From Clostridia bacterium (GTDB lineage Bacteria > Bacillota > Clostridia > UMGS1840), in the NCBI GenBank assembly GCA_045541975.1, contig JAZQKB010000034.1, positions 2,490-66,489 of the forward strand: 64,000 nt of DNA. The letters are read 5' to 3'. The translations under genes and the position numbers were made by a program. The notes under the pieces are model-generated. The model saw only the letters and a program-made list of their open reading frames with translations. It searched no databases and was not told the origin of the DNA. Every line of letters starts with the position of its first letter. Positions within the stretch are counted from its first letter, which is position 1. Of this stretch, positions 48,646-58,914 are shown piece by piece.

Positions 48646-49905
48646 TTATAATTCGGAACTGAAATCGGCTAACTGTTTGGTGGCTTTTAATGCCAGATAT
48701 AAAGCATTTTTCACAGACAATTGACGTACTTTCTCCCGATTTCCCACAAAATGGAAACGGACCGCATCGGTTTTTTCCTTGGTAGAAATTCCGATATACA
48801 CCAGTCCCACCGGTTTTTCTTCCGTTCCGCCGCCGGGTCCTGCGATGCCGGTTACGGAAACCCCGATATCCGCACCCATGCGGATTCGGATTCCCTCTGC
48901 CATTTCACAAGCTGTTCCCTTGGACACGGCACCGTATTCAGACAGAGTATCTTCCGAAACCCCGCAAAGTGCCATTTTCAGCTCATTGGAATAAGTCACC
49001 GCACCGCCTAAATATGGCTCAGAAGAGCCGGGGACCGCTGTCACGGTTGCACCAATCATACCGCCGGTACAGGATTCTGCCGTTACCAGAGTATGCTTAT
49101 TTTCAATCAGTTGGCGGACCAAAACCTCTTCTAAAGAATGATTTCCTTCCGCATAGATATACTCTCCTGCTTTGTCATATATCACTTGTTTTAACTGTTC
49201 TGTCAGTTCTTCTGCTTCCTCCATTGTTTCGCCTTTGGCGGTAATTTTTAAGTGCACCTCGCCTGTTTTGGCATAAGGCGCTAAAGTGAGGTTATCTTCC
49301 GATTTCATTTCCTCGGAAAAAATTTCTGCCAAATGGGATTCTCCGATACCTATAAACCGCAAAGTGGTTTCCAAGATTTCATCTTTCTTTTGAGCGTTTA
49401 AAAAAGAAAGCATCTCCTCGGTTTCCATCAGTGCCTGCACTTCAATGGGAGGACCGGGTAACATCATCACGGTGCCCTCCTTGGTTTTTACAATGCAGGC
49501 TGGTGCAGTGCCGTTAGGATTCTGAATAATCTGAGACCCTTTGGGGAAATCACACTGGCTTAAATTAGAAAGCGGCATTTCTCTGCCCACCCGACGAAAA
49601 TACAGATTCAACACTTCCACCGAATAGTGATCCCGCACCAGTTCACGGTCTAATGCTTCTGCCACCGCTTTTTTGGTGATGTCATCATAAGTGGGACCAA
49701 GGCCGCCGGTGGTAATCACTAAATCCGCTTTTTTCAGTCCCCGCTTGATTGCCTTTTTAATATCTTTTTTGCAGTCTTCCACCGCCATCTGCATCACGGT
49801 GCGGATGCCGTAGGGCTTTAAAGTATTTGCAAGCATGGGAGCGTTGGTGTTTACAATATCACCGGAAACAACCTCATTTCCCACAGCAATGATACAGCAT
49901 TTCAT
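48646..49905 (-). CDS. cinA: Competence/damage-inducible protein CinA (MoCF-like plus PncC domains)
   Basis: IIAVGNEVVSGDIVNTNAPML N-terminus and TAESCTGG motif in the C-terminal domain. Classic cinA-recA pair. Confidence 0.9.
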   Translation of the reverse strand: MKCCIIAVGNEVVSGDIVNTNAPMLANTLKPYGIRTVMQMAVEDCKKDIKKAIKRGLKKADLVITTGGLGPTYDDITKKAVAEALDRELVRDHYSVEVLNLYFRRVGREMPLSNLSQCDFPKGSQIIQNPNGTAPACIVKTKEGTVMMLPGPPIEVQALMETEEMLSFLNAQKKDEILETTLRFIGIGESHLAEIFSEEMKSEDNLTLAPYAKTGEVHLKITAKGETMEEAEELTEQLKQVIYDKAGEYIYAEGNHSLEEVLVRQLIENKHTLVTAESCTGGMIGATVTAVPGSSEPYLGGAVTYSNELKMALCGVSEDTLSEYGAVSKGTACEMAEGIRIRMGADIGVSVTGIAGPGGGTEEKPVGLVYIGISTKEKTDAVRFHFVGNREKVRQLSVKNALYLALKATKQLADFSSEL

Positions 49906-50036
49906 AGAAAATCATACCTTTCGAGGAAGTAATATTGACTGTCTTTAGTATATCTTATTTTCCGAAAAAATACAAGATTTAAAATCATTTTTCTTAATAA
50001 AAGTTTCTGTGAAACAAGCAAAATGGAAAACTTTTC

Positions 50037-50065
50037 TTGACTTATTTTGTTTTTTGTATTATAAT
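50037..50065 (+). promoter_or_regulatory. Sigma-A-type promoter of putP
   Basis: TTGACT - 17 nt - TATAAT. Confidence 0.55.
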
Positions 50066-50129
50066 AGAAAAGAATTTCCGTTTTGTGGCAAATTTTTGTT
50101 GTCCAAAGCAAGAAAAGGAGAGATTGATT

Positions 50130-51638
50130 ATGACAGGAGAAGTATTAGCATTTGTTTTATACTTCGTTTGTATGCTTGGCATCGGAGTATGGTTCTTCTT
50201 CAAAAACAAAAGTAACAGTGAAAAAGATTATTTCTTAGGTGGCCGTCAGATGGGCCCTTGGGTTACTGCTATGAGTGCACAGGCATCCGATATGAGCGCA
50301 TGGCTCTTAATGGGATTACCCGGCAGTATTTTAGCATTTGGTTTAGGTCAGGCATGGATTGGAATCGGTCTTGCCATCGGTACTGCATTAAACTGGATTA
50401 TCGTGGCAAAAAGACTGAGAAAATTCTCCGAAGCATCCGGCGACGCAATCACCGTTCCTCAGTACTTAACCAACCGTTTTATGGCAAAAAGCTCTGCCTT
50501 AAAAATTGTTTGTGCAATTGTATTTTTAATTAGCTTCACCATTTACGTGGCATCTGCATTCTCTGCAGGCACTACCGTGTTTACCACCTTATTTCCCCAG
50601 TTGGATCCCACTGTGGCAATGGTGATTTTTGCCGCTATCATTTTGATTTACACCTTCTTAGGCGGCTTTAAAGCAGTTTGCTGGACTGACTTTTTCCAGG
50701 GTATTCTAATGCTGGTTGCACTGCTGGCTGTGCCGATTATCATTGTTTGTACCCAGAATTTAAATCCTGCTAATTTAAGCACTGTGTACGAATATGTGGA
50801 AAACGGTGAAACCACCGTCTGCGCATTTACCCCCAACCTGTTTGCTGCAAGCTGGCAGGAAATCGTATCCGGTCTGGCTTGGGGCTTAGGATATTTTGGC
50901 ATGCCTCACATTATCGTAAGATTTATGTCCATCAAAAAACCCAGCATGGTGAAAAAATCTGCAACTGTTGCAATTATCTGGGTTGTTGTGACTTTACTGG
51001 CAGCTATCTTAATCGCATACTTCGGCAGAATGATATTAGCAGAACAGCTTTTAACCACCGGTTCTCAGAAACTGGTATTCATCCAGCTGGCAAGATTACT
51101 CTTCCCCGGCTTTCTTGCAGGGATTCTTTTGGCAGCAATTATCGCAGCTTCCATGTCTACTGCAGACTCTCAGCTGCTGGTTGCTTCCTCTTCCTTCACC
51201 TCCGACATTTACAAACCCTTAATCCGTAAAAACGCTTCCGACAAGGAACTGTTATGGGTGGGCAGAATTGTGGTTGTGTTAGTAGCTGTAGTTGCATTCT
51301 TTATTGCAAATGACGGCGGTACCGGTGCTCAGGCAATTATGAACATGGTTGAAAATGCTTGGGGCTTATTCGGTGCTGCATTTGGCCCGGTAATTTTACT
51401 GTCTCTGTTCTGGAAACGCTTTACCTACAAAGGCGCTGTGGCAGGTATTATTGCAGGTGCTGTGGTGGATATCGTATGGTATCTGTATCTGGCAGCATCC
51501 ACCGGTGTTTACGAAATTCTGCCTGGCTTTATCGCTTGTGCTATCGTGGCAGTGGTTGTTTCCTTGGTCGATAAGAAACCTTCTCAGGAAGTTTTGGCAA
51601 TTTATGACAGAGCTACCACCACCTCTATGGAAGACTAA
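50130..51638 (+). CDS. putP: Sodium/proline symporter (SSS family)
   Basis: DYFLGGRQMGPWVTAMSAQASDMSAWLLMGLPG N-terminal signature with about 13 TM segments. Start moved to ATG 50130 behind AAAAGGAGAG. Confidence 0.85.
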   Translation: MTGEVLAFVLYFVCMLGIGVWFFFKNKSNSEKDYFLGGRQMGPWVTAMSAQASDMSAWLLMGLPGSILAFGLGQAWIGIGLAIGTALNWIIVAKRLRKFSEASGDAITVPQYLTNRFMAKSSALKIVCAIVFLISFTIYVASAFSAGTTVFTTLFPQLDPTVAMVIFAAIILIYTFLGGFKAVCWTDFFQGILMLVALLAVPIIIVCTQNLNPANLSTVYEYVENGETTVCAFTPNLFAASWQEIVSGLAWGLGYFGMPHIIVRFMSIKKPSMVKKSATVAIIWVVVTLLAAILIAYFGRMILAEQLLTTGSQKLVFIQLARLLFPGFLAGILLAAIIAASMSTADSQLLVASSSFTSDIYKPLIRKNASDKELLWVGRIVVVLVAVVAFFIANDGGTGAQAIMNMVENAWGLFGAAFGPVILLSLFWKRFTYKGAVAGIIAGAVVDIVWYLYLAASTGVYEILPGFIACAIVAVVVSLVDKKPSQEVLAIYDRATTTSMED

Positions 51639-51668
51639 GACTGGCTTGATAAAAGAACATAGACCGCA

Positions 51669-51702
51669 AAAGGCATGGGATTTTTCCTATGCCTTTTCTT
51701 TT
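51669..51702 (+). terminator. Rho-independent terminator of putP
   Basis: aaggcatggga tttt tcctatgcctt followed by a T-rich run. Confidence 0.75.
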
Positions 51703-51752
51703 GCATCCGCCTATCAAAAAAGACGGATTCCTAAAAAAAATTAAGAAATTCC

Positions 51753-51781
51753 TTGACAAACGATTTTCTTTGTGCTATTAT
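51753..51781 (+). promoter_or_regulatory. leu operon promoter
   Basis: TTGACA - 17 nt - TATTAT with a TGn extended -10. Confidence 0.6.
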
Positions 51782-51816
51782 AAGAGAAATTCTGTTAGAA
51801 AACGGAGACTATCATA

Positions 51817-51906
51817 ATGATGCAATTTGCGGCAAACTTATTAGGTTTATTATGCATTACCTTATTGTTATGTGACGGTAATGCTGTTTGTCGTGCAACC
51901 AAGTGA
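51817..51906 (+). CDS. Leu-rich leader peptide of the leu operon (MMQFAANLLGLLCITLLLCDGNAVCRATK)
   Basis: GGAGA lies 8 nt upstream of ATG 51817. It has 29 codons, and 7 of codons 8-18 are Leu (six TTA, one TTG). A strong terminator follows before leuA. Confidence 0.6.
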   Translation: MMQFAANLLGLLCITLLLCDGNAVCRATK

Positions 51907-51935
51907 TATCTCTTTTTCCCATAGTTTTAAAAAAG

Positions 51936-51980
51936 AGCCTGCTGTTGTACGATGGTACAGCATCAGGCTTTTTCTTTTCT
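51936..51980 (+). terminator. Attenuator terminator upstream of leuA
   Basis: agcctgctgttgtac gatg gtacagcatcaggct (15-position stem with one mismatch and one G-U), followed by tttttcttttctt. Confidence 0.75.
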
Positions 51981-52017
51981 TAAATTTTAAAATATTTCAA
52001 ATGAAGGAGTGAGAAAA

Positions 52018-53520
52018 ATGGCAAGAACGATCAAAATTTTTGATACCACCTTGCGTGACGGCGAGCAATCTCCCGGCTGCAGTATGAATTTAACCGAAAA
52101 AATCGAGGTGGCGAAACAGTTAGAGCTGCTGAACGTAGACGTTATTGAAGCAGGCTTTGCCATTGCATCCCCTATGGACTTTGAATCGGTGAAGGCAATT
52201 GCCAAAACCGTAAAAAATGCAACCGTGGCAAGTTTGGCACGGGCAACCTGCAAAGATATTGACGCAGCTTACGAAGCGGTAAAGGGCGCTGTAAATCCCA
52301 GAATCCACACCTTTATTGCAACCTCCCCCATTCATATGCAGTATAAACTGAAAATGAGTGAGGAAGAAGTATTAAATCGTGTAAAGGAGATGGTTGCCTA
52401 TTCCAAAAAATACTGCTCTGATGTGGAATTTTCTGCGGAAGATGCATCCCGAAGCGACAAAGCATTTTTAGCTCGTGTGATTGAAACTGCCATCGGGGCA
52501 GGTGCAACCACGGTAAACATCCCCGACACGGTGGGTTATTCCACCCCCGACGAATTTGCTGCCTATATTACCTACTTAAAAGAACATGTTGCAAACATTG
52601 ACAAAGCAGATTTGTCTGTCCACTGTCACAATGACTTGGGCATGGCAGTTGCCAACTCTTTAGCAGCAGTAAAAGCGGGTGCAACCCAGATTGAATGTAC
52701 CGTCAACGGCATCGGTGAACGGGCAGGTAACACCTCCTTGGAAGAAGTGGTCATGGGCATTCAGACCCGCAGCGACTACTATGACGCTGTGACCAATATC
52801 AACACCCGTCAGATTTACCGTAGCTCCAAACTGATTTCCGCCATTACCGGCGTAAGCATTCCGCCCAACAAAGCAATTACCGGTGCCAATGCTTTTGCTC
52901 ATGAATCAGGCATTCATCAGCACGGAATGCTCCAGAACCGTTCCACCTACGAAATTATGACGCCCGAATCCATTGGCAAACCCTCGGAACAGATGGTACT
53001 GGGCAAACATTCCGGCAGACACGCCTTTGAAGAACGCTTAGAAATTTTGGGATATCAGTTAACCAAAGAAGAACTGGACCGTACTTTTGAGCATTTCAAA
53101 GTGTTGGCAGACAAGAAAAAATCCATCACCGACCGTGATATTGAAGCACTGCTCGCAAACAAAAAAGTGCAGATTCACGAAACCTACACCTTAGAACGGT
53201 TTGTGATTAACTCGGGCAACACCATCACCTCCACCGCCATGATCAAGGTAAAATGCGGAGATGAAATCATTGAAAAAGTTGCCACGGGAGACGGTCCGAT
53301 TGACGCTGCATTTAAAACCATCAATCAGATTACGGAACAAAACTTCGTACTTCGTGACTATGTGATTCACGCCGTTACCGAAGGGGAAGATGCATTAGGC
53401 GAAGCAGTGGTAAAATTAAACTTAAACGGAAAAAAAGCCACAGGAAGAGCTATCAGTACCGACATTGTGGAAGCAAGTATCAAAGCTTACTTAAACGGTG
53501 TGAATAAGCTGATTGTGTAG
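52018..53520 (+). CDS. leuA: 2-isopropylmalate synthase
   Basis: [14 protein letters not shown] and [12 protein letters not shown] motifs. Start ATG 52018 behind GAAGGAG. Confidence 0.95.
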   Translation: MARTIKIFDTTLRDGEQSPGCSMNLTEKIEVAKQLELLNVDVIEAGFAIASPMDFESVKAIAKTVKNATVASLARATCKDIDAAYEAVKGAVNPRIHTFIATSPIHMQYKLKMSEEEVLNRVKEMVAYSKKYCSDVEFSAEDASRSDKAFLARVIETAIGAGATTVNIPDTVGYSTPDEFAAYITYLKEHVANIDKADLSVHCHNDLGMAVANSLAAVKAGATQIECTVNGIGERAGNTSLEEVVMGIQTRSDYYDAVTNINTRQIYRSSKLISAITGVSIPPNKAITGANAFAHESGIHQHGMLQNRSTYEIMTPESIGKPSEQMVLGKHSGRHAFEERLEILGYQLTKEELDRTFEHFKVLADKKKSITDRDIEALLANKKVQIHETYTLERFVINSGNTITSTAMIKVKCGDEIIEKVATGDGPIDAAFKTINQITEQNFVLRDYVIHAVTEGEDALGEAVVKLNLNGKKATGRAISTDIVEASIKAYLNGVNKLIV

Positions 53521-53538
53521 GAAAGGGAGGTCTTTTTG

Positions 53539-54789
53539 ATGGGTATGACTATGACTGAAAAAATCCTGGCAAGTCACGCAGGACTTCCCTGCGTCAGCGC
53601 AGGTCAGCTGATTATGGCAAAGCTGGATATGGTGCTGGCAAACGACATTACTGCACCTGTTGCCATTCGTGAATTTGAAAAAGCAGGATTAACCTCTGTG
53701 TTTGATCCCGATAAAATCGCATTGGTCATGGACCATTTTTGCCCCAACAAAGATATTAAGGCAGCAGAGCAGGCAGTTATTAGCCGTGACTTTGCCAAAA
53801 AGCATCACATCACCCATTTTTACGATGTGGGGCAGATGGGCATAGAACACGCTCTGCTTCCCGAAAAAGGGTTGGTAAAAGCAGGCGACGTGATAATCGG
53901 TGCGGATTCTCACACCTGTACCTATGGTGCCTTAAACGCTTTCTCCACAGGAGTCGGCTCCACCGATATGGCTGCAGGAATGGCAAAAGGTGAAGCCTGG
54001 TTCAAGGTGCCGGAAGCTATCAAAGTGAATCTGACCGGTACCCTTCCCCGCTATGTAACGGGCAAAGATGTGATTTTACATTTGATTGGCACCATCGGAG
54101 TGGACGGTGCGTTATATCAGTCTTTGGAATTTATGGGAGACGGTGTCAAAAACCTTTCCATGGATGACCGTCTTTGCATTTGCAATATGGCGATTGAAGC
54201 AGGGGCGAAAAACGGTATCTTCATTTTTGATGAAATTACCCAAGCCTATTTAAAAGATAAAGTGACTTCCTACACCACCTACGCTCCCGACGAAGATGCT
54301 TGCTATGCGAAAGAAATCACCATCAATCTTTCCGAACTTCAGCCCACGGTGGCATTCCCCCATCTGCCTGAAAACACCAAAACTCCCGACCAATTCGGAG
54401 AAGTGAAGATTCAGCAGGTGGTCATCGGTTCCTGCACCAACGGACGTTTGTCTGATTTGGCACAAGCCTATGAAATTTTAAATGGCAAACAAGTGCATCC
54501 TGATGTGCGTTGCATCATTATTCCTGCCACCCAGAAAATTTATCTGGAGGCAATGCAGGCAGGCTACATCAAGGCATTTATTGAAGCGGGCGCCGTGGTT
54601 TCCACGCCAACTTGCGGTCCCTGTTTAGGCGGACATATGGGCATTCTGGCTGCCGGAGAACGTGCCGTTGCCACCACCAACCGTAACTTTGTGGGCAGAA
54701 TGGGACACACCACTTCCGAGGTATACTTGGCAAGTCCCTATGTGGCGGCACAAAGTGCAATTGACGGCTGTTTAAGCTGTCCCAGATAA
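53539..54789 (+). CDS. leuC: 3-isopropylmalate dehydratase large subunit
   Basis: Aconitase-family motifs GADSHT and GSCTNGR. Start ATG 53539 behind AAGGGAGG. Confidence 0.93.
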   Translation: MGMTMTEKILASHAGLPCVSAGQLIMAKLDMVLANDITAPVAIREFEKAGLTSVFDPDKIALVMDHFCPNKDIKAAEQAVISRDFAKKHHITHFYDVGQMGIEHALLPEKGLVKAGDVIIGADSHTCTYGALNAFSTGVGSTDMAAGMAKGEAWFKVPEAIKVNLTGTLPRYVTGKDVILHLIGTIGVDGALYQSLEFMGDGVKNLSMDDRLCICNMAIEAGAKNGIFIFDEITQAYLKDKVTSYTTYAPDEDACYAKEITINLSELQPTVAFPHLPENTKTPDQFGEVKIQQVVIGSCTNGRLSDLAQAYEILNGKQVHPDVRCIIIPATQKIYLEAMQAGYIKAFIEAGAVVSTPTCGPCLGGHMGILAAGERAVATTNRNFVGRMGHTTSEVYLASPYVAAQSAIDGCLSCPR

Positions 54790-54801
54790 GGAGGTTTTAT
54801 C

Positions 54802-55278
54802 ATGATCAAAGGAACTGTGCATAAATACGGCGATAACATTGATACAGACGTAATCATTCCTGCAAGATATTTAAACACCTCCGATCCCGAGGAATTAAAA
54901 AAGCATTGTATGGAAGATATTGACAAGGAATTTATCCAAAAAGTAAAAACGGGAGATGTGATAGTTGCCGAAAAGAATTTCGGTTGCGGTTCTTCCCGTG
55001 AACACGCTCCCATTGCCATTAAAGCCAGCGGCATTTCGCTGGTTGTGGCAAAAAGCTTTGCACGAATTTTCTATCGAAATGCCATCAACATCGGTCTTCC
55101 CATTGTGGAATGTGCACAAGCTGTGGATCACATTTCTGATGGTGATACCGTAAGCTGTGATTTAGAGCAGGGGATTTTAACCGTTGAAAATAAAAATCTC
55201 ACCTTCCCCATTGCTCCCTTCCCGAAAGAAATTCAGGCAATTATTCAAAAAGGCGGACTGCTTGCCAGCCTTTTATAA
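54802..55278 (+). CDS. leuD: 3-isopropylmalate dehydratase small subunit
   Basis: [12 protein letters not shown] motif. Confidence 0.93.
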   Translation: MIKGTVHKYGDNIDTDVIIPARYLNTSDPEELKKHCMEDIDKEFIQKVKTGDVIVAEKNFGCGSSREHAPIAIKASGISLVVAKSFARIFYRNAINIGLPIVECAQAVDHISDGDTVSCDLEQGILTVENKNLTFPIAPFPKEIQAIIQKGGLLASLL

Positions 55279-55290
55279 GGAGACATTCAA

Positions 55291-56346
55291 ATGAATTATC
55301 AAATTGCAGTCATCAAAGGGGATGGCATCGGTCCCGAAGTGGTGACAGAAGCACAAAAAGTATTAGAAAAAATCGGTGCAATCTATGGACACACTTTTCA
55401 GTTTACCGAAGTGTTAATGGGTGGCTGTGCCTATGATCAGGTAGGAACACCGCTCCCCCAAGAAACCGTGAAAATCTGCAAACAGTCAGATGCGGTGCTG
55501 CTGGGTGCGGTAGGCGGTCCCAAATGGGATTCTCTTCCCGGTGACAAACGCCCGGAAGCCGGGTTATTAGGCATCAGAAAAGCCTTAAACCTCTATGCCA
55601 ACATCCGTCCTGCGGTGTTATTCCCTGCTTTAAAGGAAGCATCTCCCTTAAAAGATGAGTTGGTCAAAGACGGCATCAACATTTATGTGGTGCGGGAATT
55701 AACCGGCGGTATCTATTTTGGTGAACAGGGCAGACGGGGTGACGAAGCCTACGACACCGAAAGCTATACGAAAGAAGAAATCAGAAGAATTGCCCATGTG
55801 GCATTTTCTGCAGCACAAAAACGAAACAAAAAAGTGACCAGCATTGACAAAGCCAATGTGTTGGAAACCTCCCGTCTGTGGCGTGAAATTGTTCACGAGG
55901 TTGCCAAAGCATATCCCGATGTGACCGTTAGCGATATGCTGGTGGACAATACGGCAATGCAACTGGTGAAAAATCCCCGTCAGTTTGATGTGGTACTTGC
56001 CAACAATATATTTGGCGATATCCTCTCCGATGAGGCAGCACAAATCACAGGCTCCATCGGGATTTTGCCCTCTTCCTCCCGTGGGGACGGCACCTTCGGC
56101 CTGTATGAGCCCATTCACGGTTCTGCTCCAGACATTGCAGGAAAAAACCTGGCAAATCCCATTGCCACCATTTTATCCGTTGCCATGATGCTTCGGGATT
56201 CCTTCTGCTTGGAACAAGAAGCAAAAGCCGTGGAGAATGCAGTGGATGCTGTGTTAAATCAGGGAATCCGCACCGCAGATTTAGGCGGTGAAAACACCGT
56301 TTCCTGCTCTGCTATGGGCGATGCCATCGTAGCTGCTATCCAATAG
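55291..56346 (+). CDS. leuB: 3-isopropylmalate dehydrogenase
   Basis: [25 protein letters not shown] and GSAPDIAGK motifs. Confidence 0.95.
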   Translation: MNYQIAVIKGDGIGPEVVTEAQKVLEKIGAIYGHTFQFTEVLMGGCAYDQVGTPLPQETVKICKQSDAVLLGAVGGPKWDSLPGDKRPEAGLLGIRKALNLYANIRPAVLFPALKEASPLKDELVKDGINIYVVRELTGGIYFGEQGRRGDEAYDTESYTKEEIRRIAHVAFSAAQKRNKKVTSIDKANVLETSRLWREIVHEVAKAYPDVTVSDMLVDNTAMQLVKNPRQFDVVLANNIFGDILSDEAAQITGSIGILPSSSRGDGTFGLYEPIHGSAPDIAGKNLANPIATILSVAMMLRDSFCLEQEAKAVENAVDAVLNQGIRTADLGGENTVSCSAMGDAIVAAIQ

Positions 56347-56354
56347 AAATCAGT

Positions 56355-56387
56355 AAAAAAAGGAATTGCAATGCAATTCCTTTTTTT
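56355..56387. terminator. Bidirectional terminator between leuB and the phage-like module
   Basis: A7 ggaattg caatg caattcc T7. Confidence 0.85.
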
Positions 56388-56388
56388 A

Positions 56389-56574
56389 TTAGTTATAAAG
56401 TGCTTCTTTCACGCGTTCTTCCATTCGTTTTACCACAAAACTTCCCCTTGCCTTCGGCGGTTTTTTTGATTGCGATTCTGAAGGGAGTTTCTGTTCTAAA
56501 ACACGGCATAGTTTTTTTAGCTCCCCATATTTTAAAATTTCAATCACAAGTAGACAGACCAGTAATACCGACAT
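56389..56574 (-). CDS. Small protein with a hydrophobic N-terminus and basic C-terminus, unknown function
   Basis: Its ATG overlaps the stop of the 596-aa gene (TAATG). MSVLLVCLLVIEIL is followed by a charged tail. It ends at the bidirectional terminator. Confidence 0.45.
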   Translation of the reverse strand: MSVLLVCLLVIEILKYGELKKLCRVLEQKLPSESQSKKPPKARGSFVVKRMEERVKEALYN

Positions 56575-58364
56575 TATTTATCACGTTCCTTTTTCAGTTT
56601 CAAATAGATATTAAAAATCTGCAAGGGAGTTTTTTCCTTGGGATTGGTAGTACCAAAAATTTCCAAAGAAAACAGATTTCCTGTTACCTTCCACGGTAAC
56701 ACCGTTTCCGAAAACTGACTGTTACGGTAGCGATAATGCCAGGGGGTGTTCTGATAGCGGAAATGATTGGTGTGTTCCAAAACGCCTTCCTTTTGTTCCC
56801 GCTCGGAAGAAAGCCTGATACGGCAATCAACGGGATATGTTAACGAAGCGGATTTCAACGCCAATTCCTCGGAGCGGGCAAGCTCCGTTTCCTCCACGGC
56901 ACCGAGAATCGGAATGTTTACCGAAAAGGAAATGGGGATATCGGATTGGGTGTTCGGGTCATAATCGGTGGATGTGCCTTCTGAAAACACCGTCACACAG
57001 TTTCCTGAACCCATCAGAAGTTCACCATTGTAACTTTCGCTCATACATTGGCAGGTAAGCCCCCGATAACAAAGAAAGGAGCCTAAGGTGAAATGATACA
57101 GATACATGGTGTCATCAATCATCAGATAGTAAACACCGTTGCGGTAAAATCCAAATGCCTTTTCTTTGGGAACGGGCAGAGCAATTTTCTCTTTGGATAA
57201 AAATTTATAAAGAGAACTGGAGGGGGAATACAGCATCTGCACTGTCAGCATAGACGAAGAAAAACTAACCAGTCCGCTGTCCGACAAAAAGCTGACACTT
57301 CCCGGCGTGGTGCAAACAGTTCCACCGTGACGGGTGCCGTCGGGTACACTAAGCAGTGACCACTGCGCATCCTCGGTGGGGTCCGAGCCTACATAATGAC
57401 TCCAGCCGTATTCATAGGAAACCACCACCGATTTTTCCACCACCGAAAGTCCGGTGATTTTTCCCAGATGCAAATGGGGATAGAGTATATTTGCTTTTTG
57501 GTAATTATGCCATTCATTTGGCTCGCTGATAAATAACGCGGTGGGATAATCAGGATGCCCTGCCGCAAAATAACGCATGGAAGCGGGATGCCACACGATA
57601 TAGGGACACCGAAAAGCCAGTGCGCCTGTTTCACTTAAATCAGGTCCCAGAGAGAATATGCCCGATAGCGATGAAGCAATCTCACAAACATAATAATCGC
57701 TGTCGCAATACAGCGTTTTGCAATCCAGCTTTGCCTTAGCCTCCAGCTCATATTTCATGTGAACCAATGCACCCAGTTCCCCCAGGCACACAAATTGGTC
57801 AGTTGCAAACAGCTCTGTGATATTTTCATGGTTGGCATTCGTATGTGACTTGGCATAATAAAGGGTGTTGGTTGCCTCATCCCAAATGGTTTTTCCGTAT
57901 AAATCAGCAGGAAATTCTCCCAGGGAGGAATAGTCATCAGGCAAACGCTCCAATACCAGGTAGCCTTCCCAGGGATACTGTATGGTGATAATCCCGTCCA
58001 CACGGCGGTAAATCGGCTTTAAATAACGTGTTCTTTCGGCTGAAATAAAGGCAAATCCATCCGTGACGGGAATCACTTTAAAGCTGTTACAAAGCATACT
58101 GGGTTTACATTTCACACCACCCAGCACCATTTCTAAATACTCTCCGCATTGCACGAACAAAATTTCATGTCCCTTAACACTGAGACATTTATGAATTGCG
58201 GTGACTTCCCCCACAAAAGGACCGTACTTCTTAACGGTACCTGCACGAACCTTAAGGCCTCCCTCCTCCACATCAAAATTGCAAAGCTCCAACGCCTCGT
58301 CTTTCTTTAGCAGATAGGGAGACTTCTGATTGACAATCCCTCCTGAAAAATCGTAAAAATTCAT
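56574..58364 (-). CDS. Podovirus tail hub / nozzle-like protein (T7 gp12 / P22 gp10 pattern)
   Basis: 596 aa, beta-rich. The N-terminus FSGGIVNQKSPYLLKKDEALELCNFDVEEGGLKVRAG parallels the recalled T7 gp12 N-terminus LKGGISQQPDILRYPDQG...EGLQKRPP. GGAGG RBS lies inside the end of the upstream gene. Confidence 0.55.
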   Translation of the reverse strand: MNFYDFSGGIVNQKSPYLLKKDEALELCNFDVEEGGLKVRAGTVKKYGPFVGEVTAIHKCLSVKGHEILFVQCGEYLEMVLGGVKCKPSMLCNSFKVIPVTDGFAFISAERTRYLKPIYRRVDGIITIQYPWEGYLVLERLPDDYSSLGEFPADLYGKTIWDEATNTLYYAKSHTNANHENITELFATDQFVCLGELGALVHMKYELEAKAKLDCKTLYCDSDYYVCEIASSLSGIFSLGPDLSETGALAFRCPYIVWHPASMRYFAAGHPDYPTALFISEPNEWHNYQKANILYPHLHLGKITGLSVVEKSVVVSYEYGWSHYVGSDPTEDAQWSLLSVPDGTRHGGTVCTTPGSVSFLSDSGLVSFSSSMLTVQMLYSPSSSLYKFLSKEKIALPVPKEKAFGFYRNGVYYLMIDDTMYLYHFTLGSFLCYRGLTCQCMSESYNGELLMGSGNCVTVFSEGTSTDYDPNTQSDIPISFSVNIPILGAVEETELARSEELALKSASLTYPVDCRIRLSSEREQKEGVLEHTNHFRYQNTPWHYRYRNSQFSETVLPWKVTGNLFSLEIFGTTNPKEKTPLQIFNIYLKLKKERDK

Positions 58365-58368
58365 ATTG

Positions 58369-58902
58369 CTACCTCCAGTTCGGTTTCGGCAGAGGTGAAC
58401 GCGGGATTCTCATTCTTCCCTGCAAGCTTTGATGGATGGCGGCACAGTTATCGTAAAATTCTTCAATCAAGCGATCTGCCAAACGGTTGGTGGGATCATC
58501 TGCCCGTAACACAGAAAATGCCACGTATTTGCATAATTCCGAGTCATACTCAGCAGCAGTGGGAATTTCTTCTCCCTCCGCCACAAACCCCTGAGGGGAA
58601 CTGTAATAATAGACCTGATATTCTCCTTCACGGTTGAGGTGAAGTCCTTCCTCGTCCAAACGGTAGTCCCCATATCGCTGTTTATTGCGGTATACTTTAT
58701 AAATTCCTCGGTGTGCAGGCATAGGATAAGGATCCCCGTCTGCCTGCCAGAGCACCCGCAGGCATTTGATAGGGCAAGCGGTGGGATATCGGGCAATCAG
58801 CAGTCGGATTCCTTCGTTTAAAAAACGGTTTGCCAACGGGCTGTCCACAGGTTTTCCAATCAATACAGATGCCACATCGGTTACTTCCTGTAAGGTCATC
58901 AT
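58369..58902 (-). CDS. Head-to-tail adaptor-like protein (T7 gp11 / P22 gp4-type pattern)
   Basis: 177 aa. The N-terminus LQEVTDVASVLIGKPVDSPLANRFLNEGIRLL resembles adaptor N-termini. Its position is immediately before the hub gene. AAGGAGGAAG RBS. Confidence 0.4.
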   Translation of the reverse strand: MMTLQEVTDVASVLIGKPVDSPLANRFLNEGIRLLIARYPTACPIKCLRVLWQADGDPYPMPAHRGIYKVYRNKQRYGDYRLDEEGLHLNREGEYQVYYYSSPQGFVAEGEEIPTAAEYDSELCKYVAFSVLRADDPTNRLADRLIEEFYDNCAAIHQSLQGRMRIPRSPLPKPNWR

Positions 58903-58914
58903 CTTCCTCCTTCC

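Noticed and set aside
51640-52017. Search for a T-box leader upstream of leuA
   Set aside because: No T-box consensus and no specifier-loop architecture was seen. The leader is explained by the Leu-rich peptide attenuator instead.
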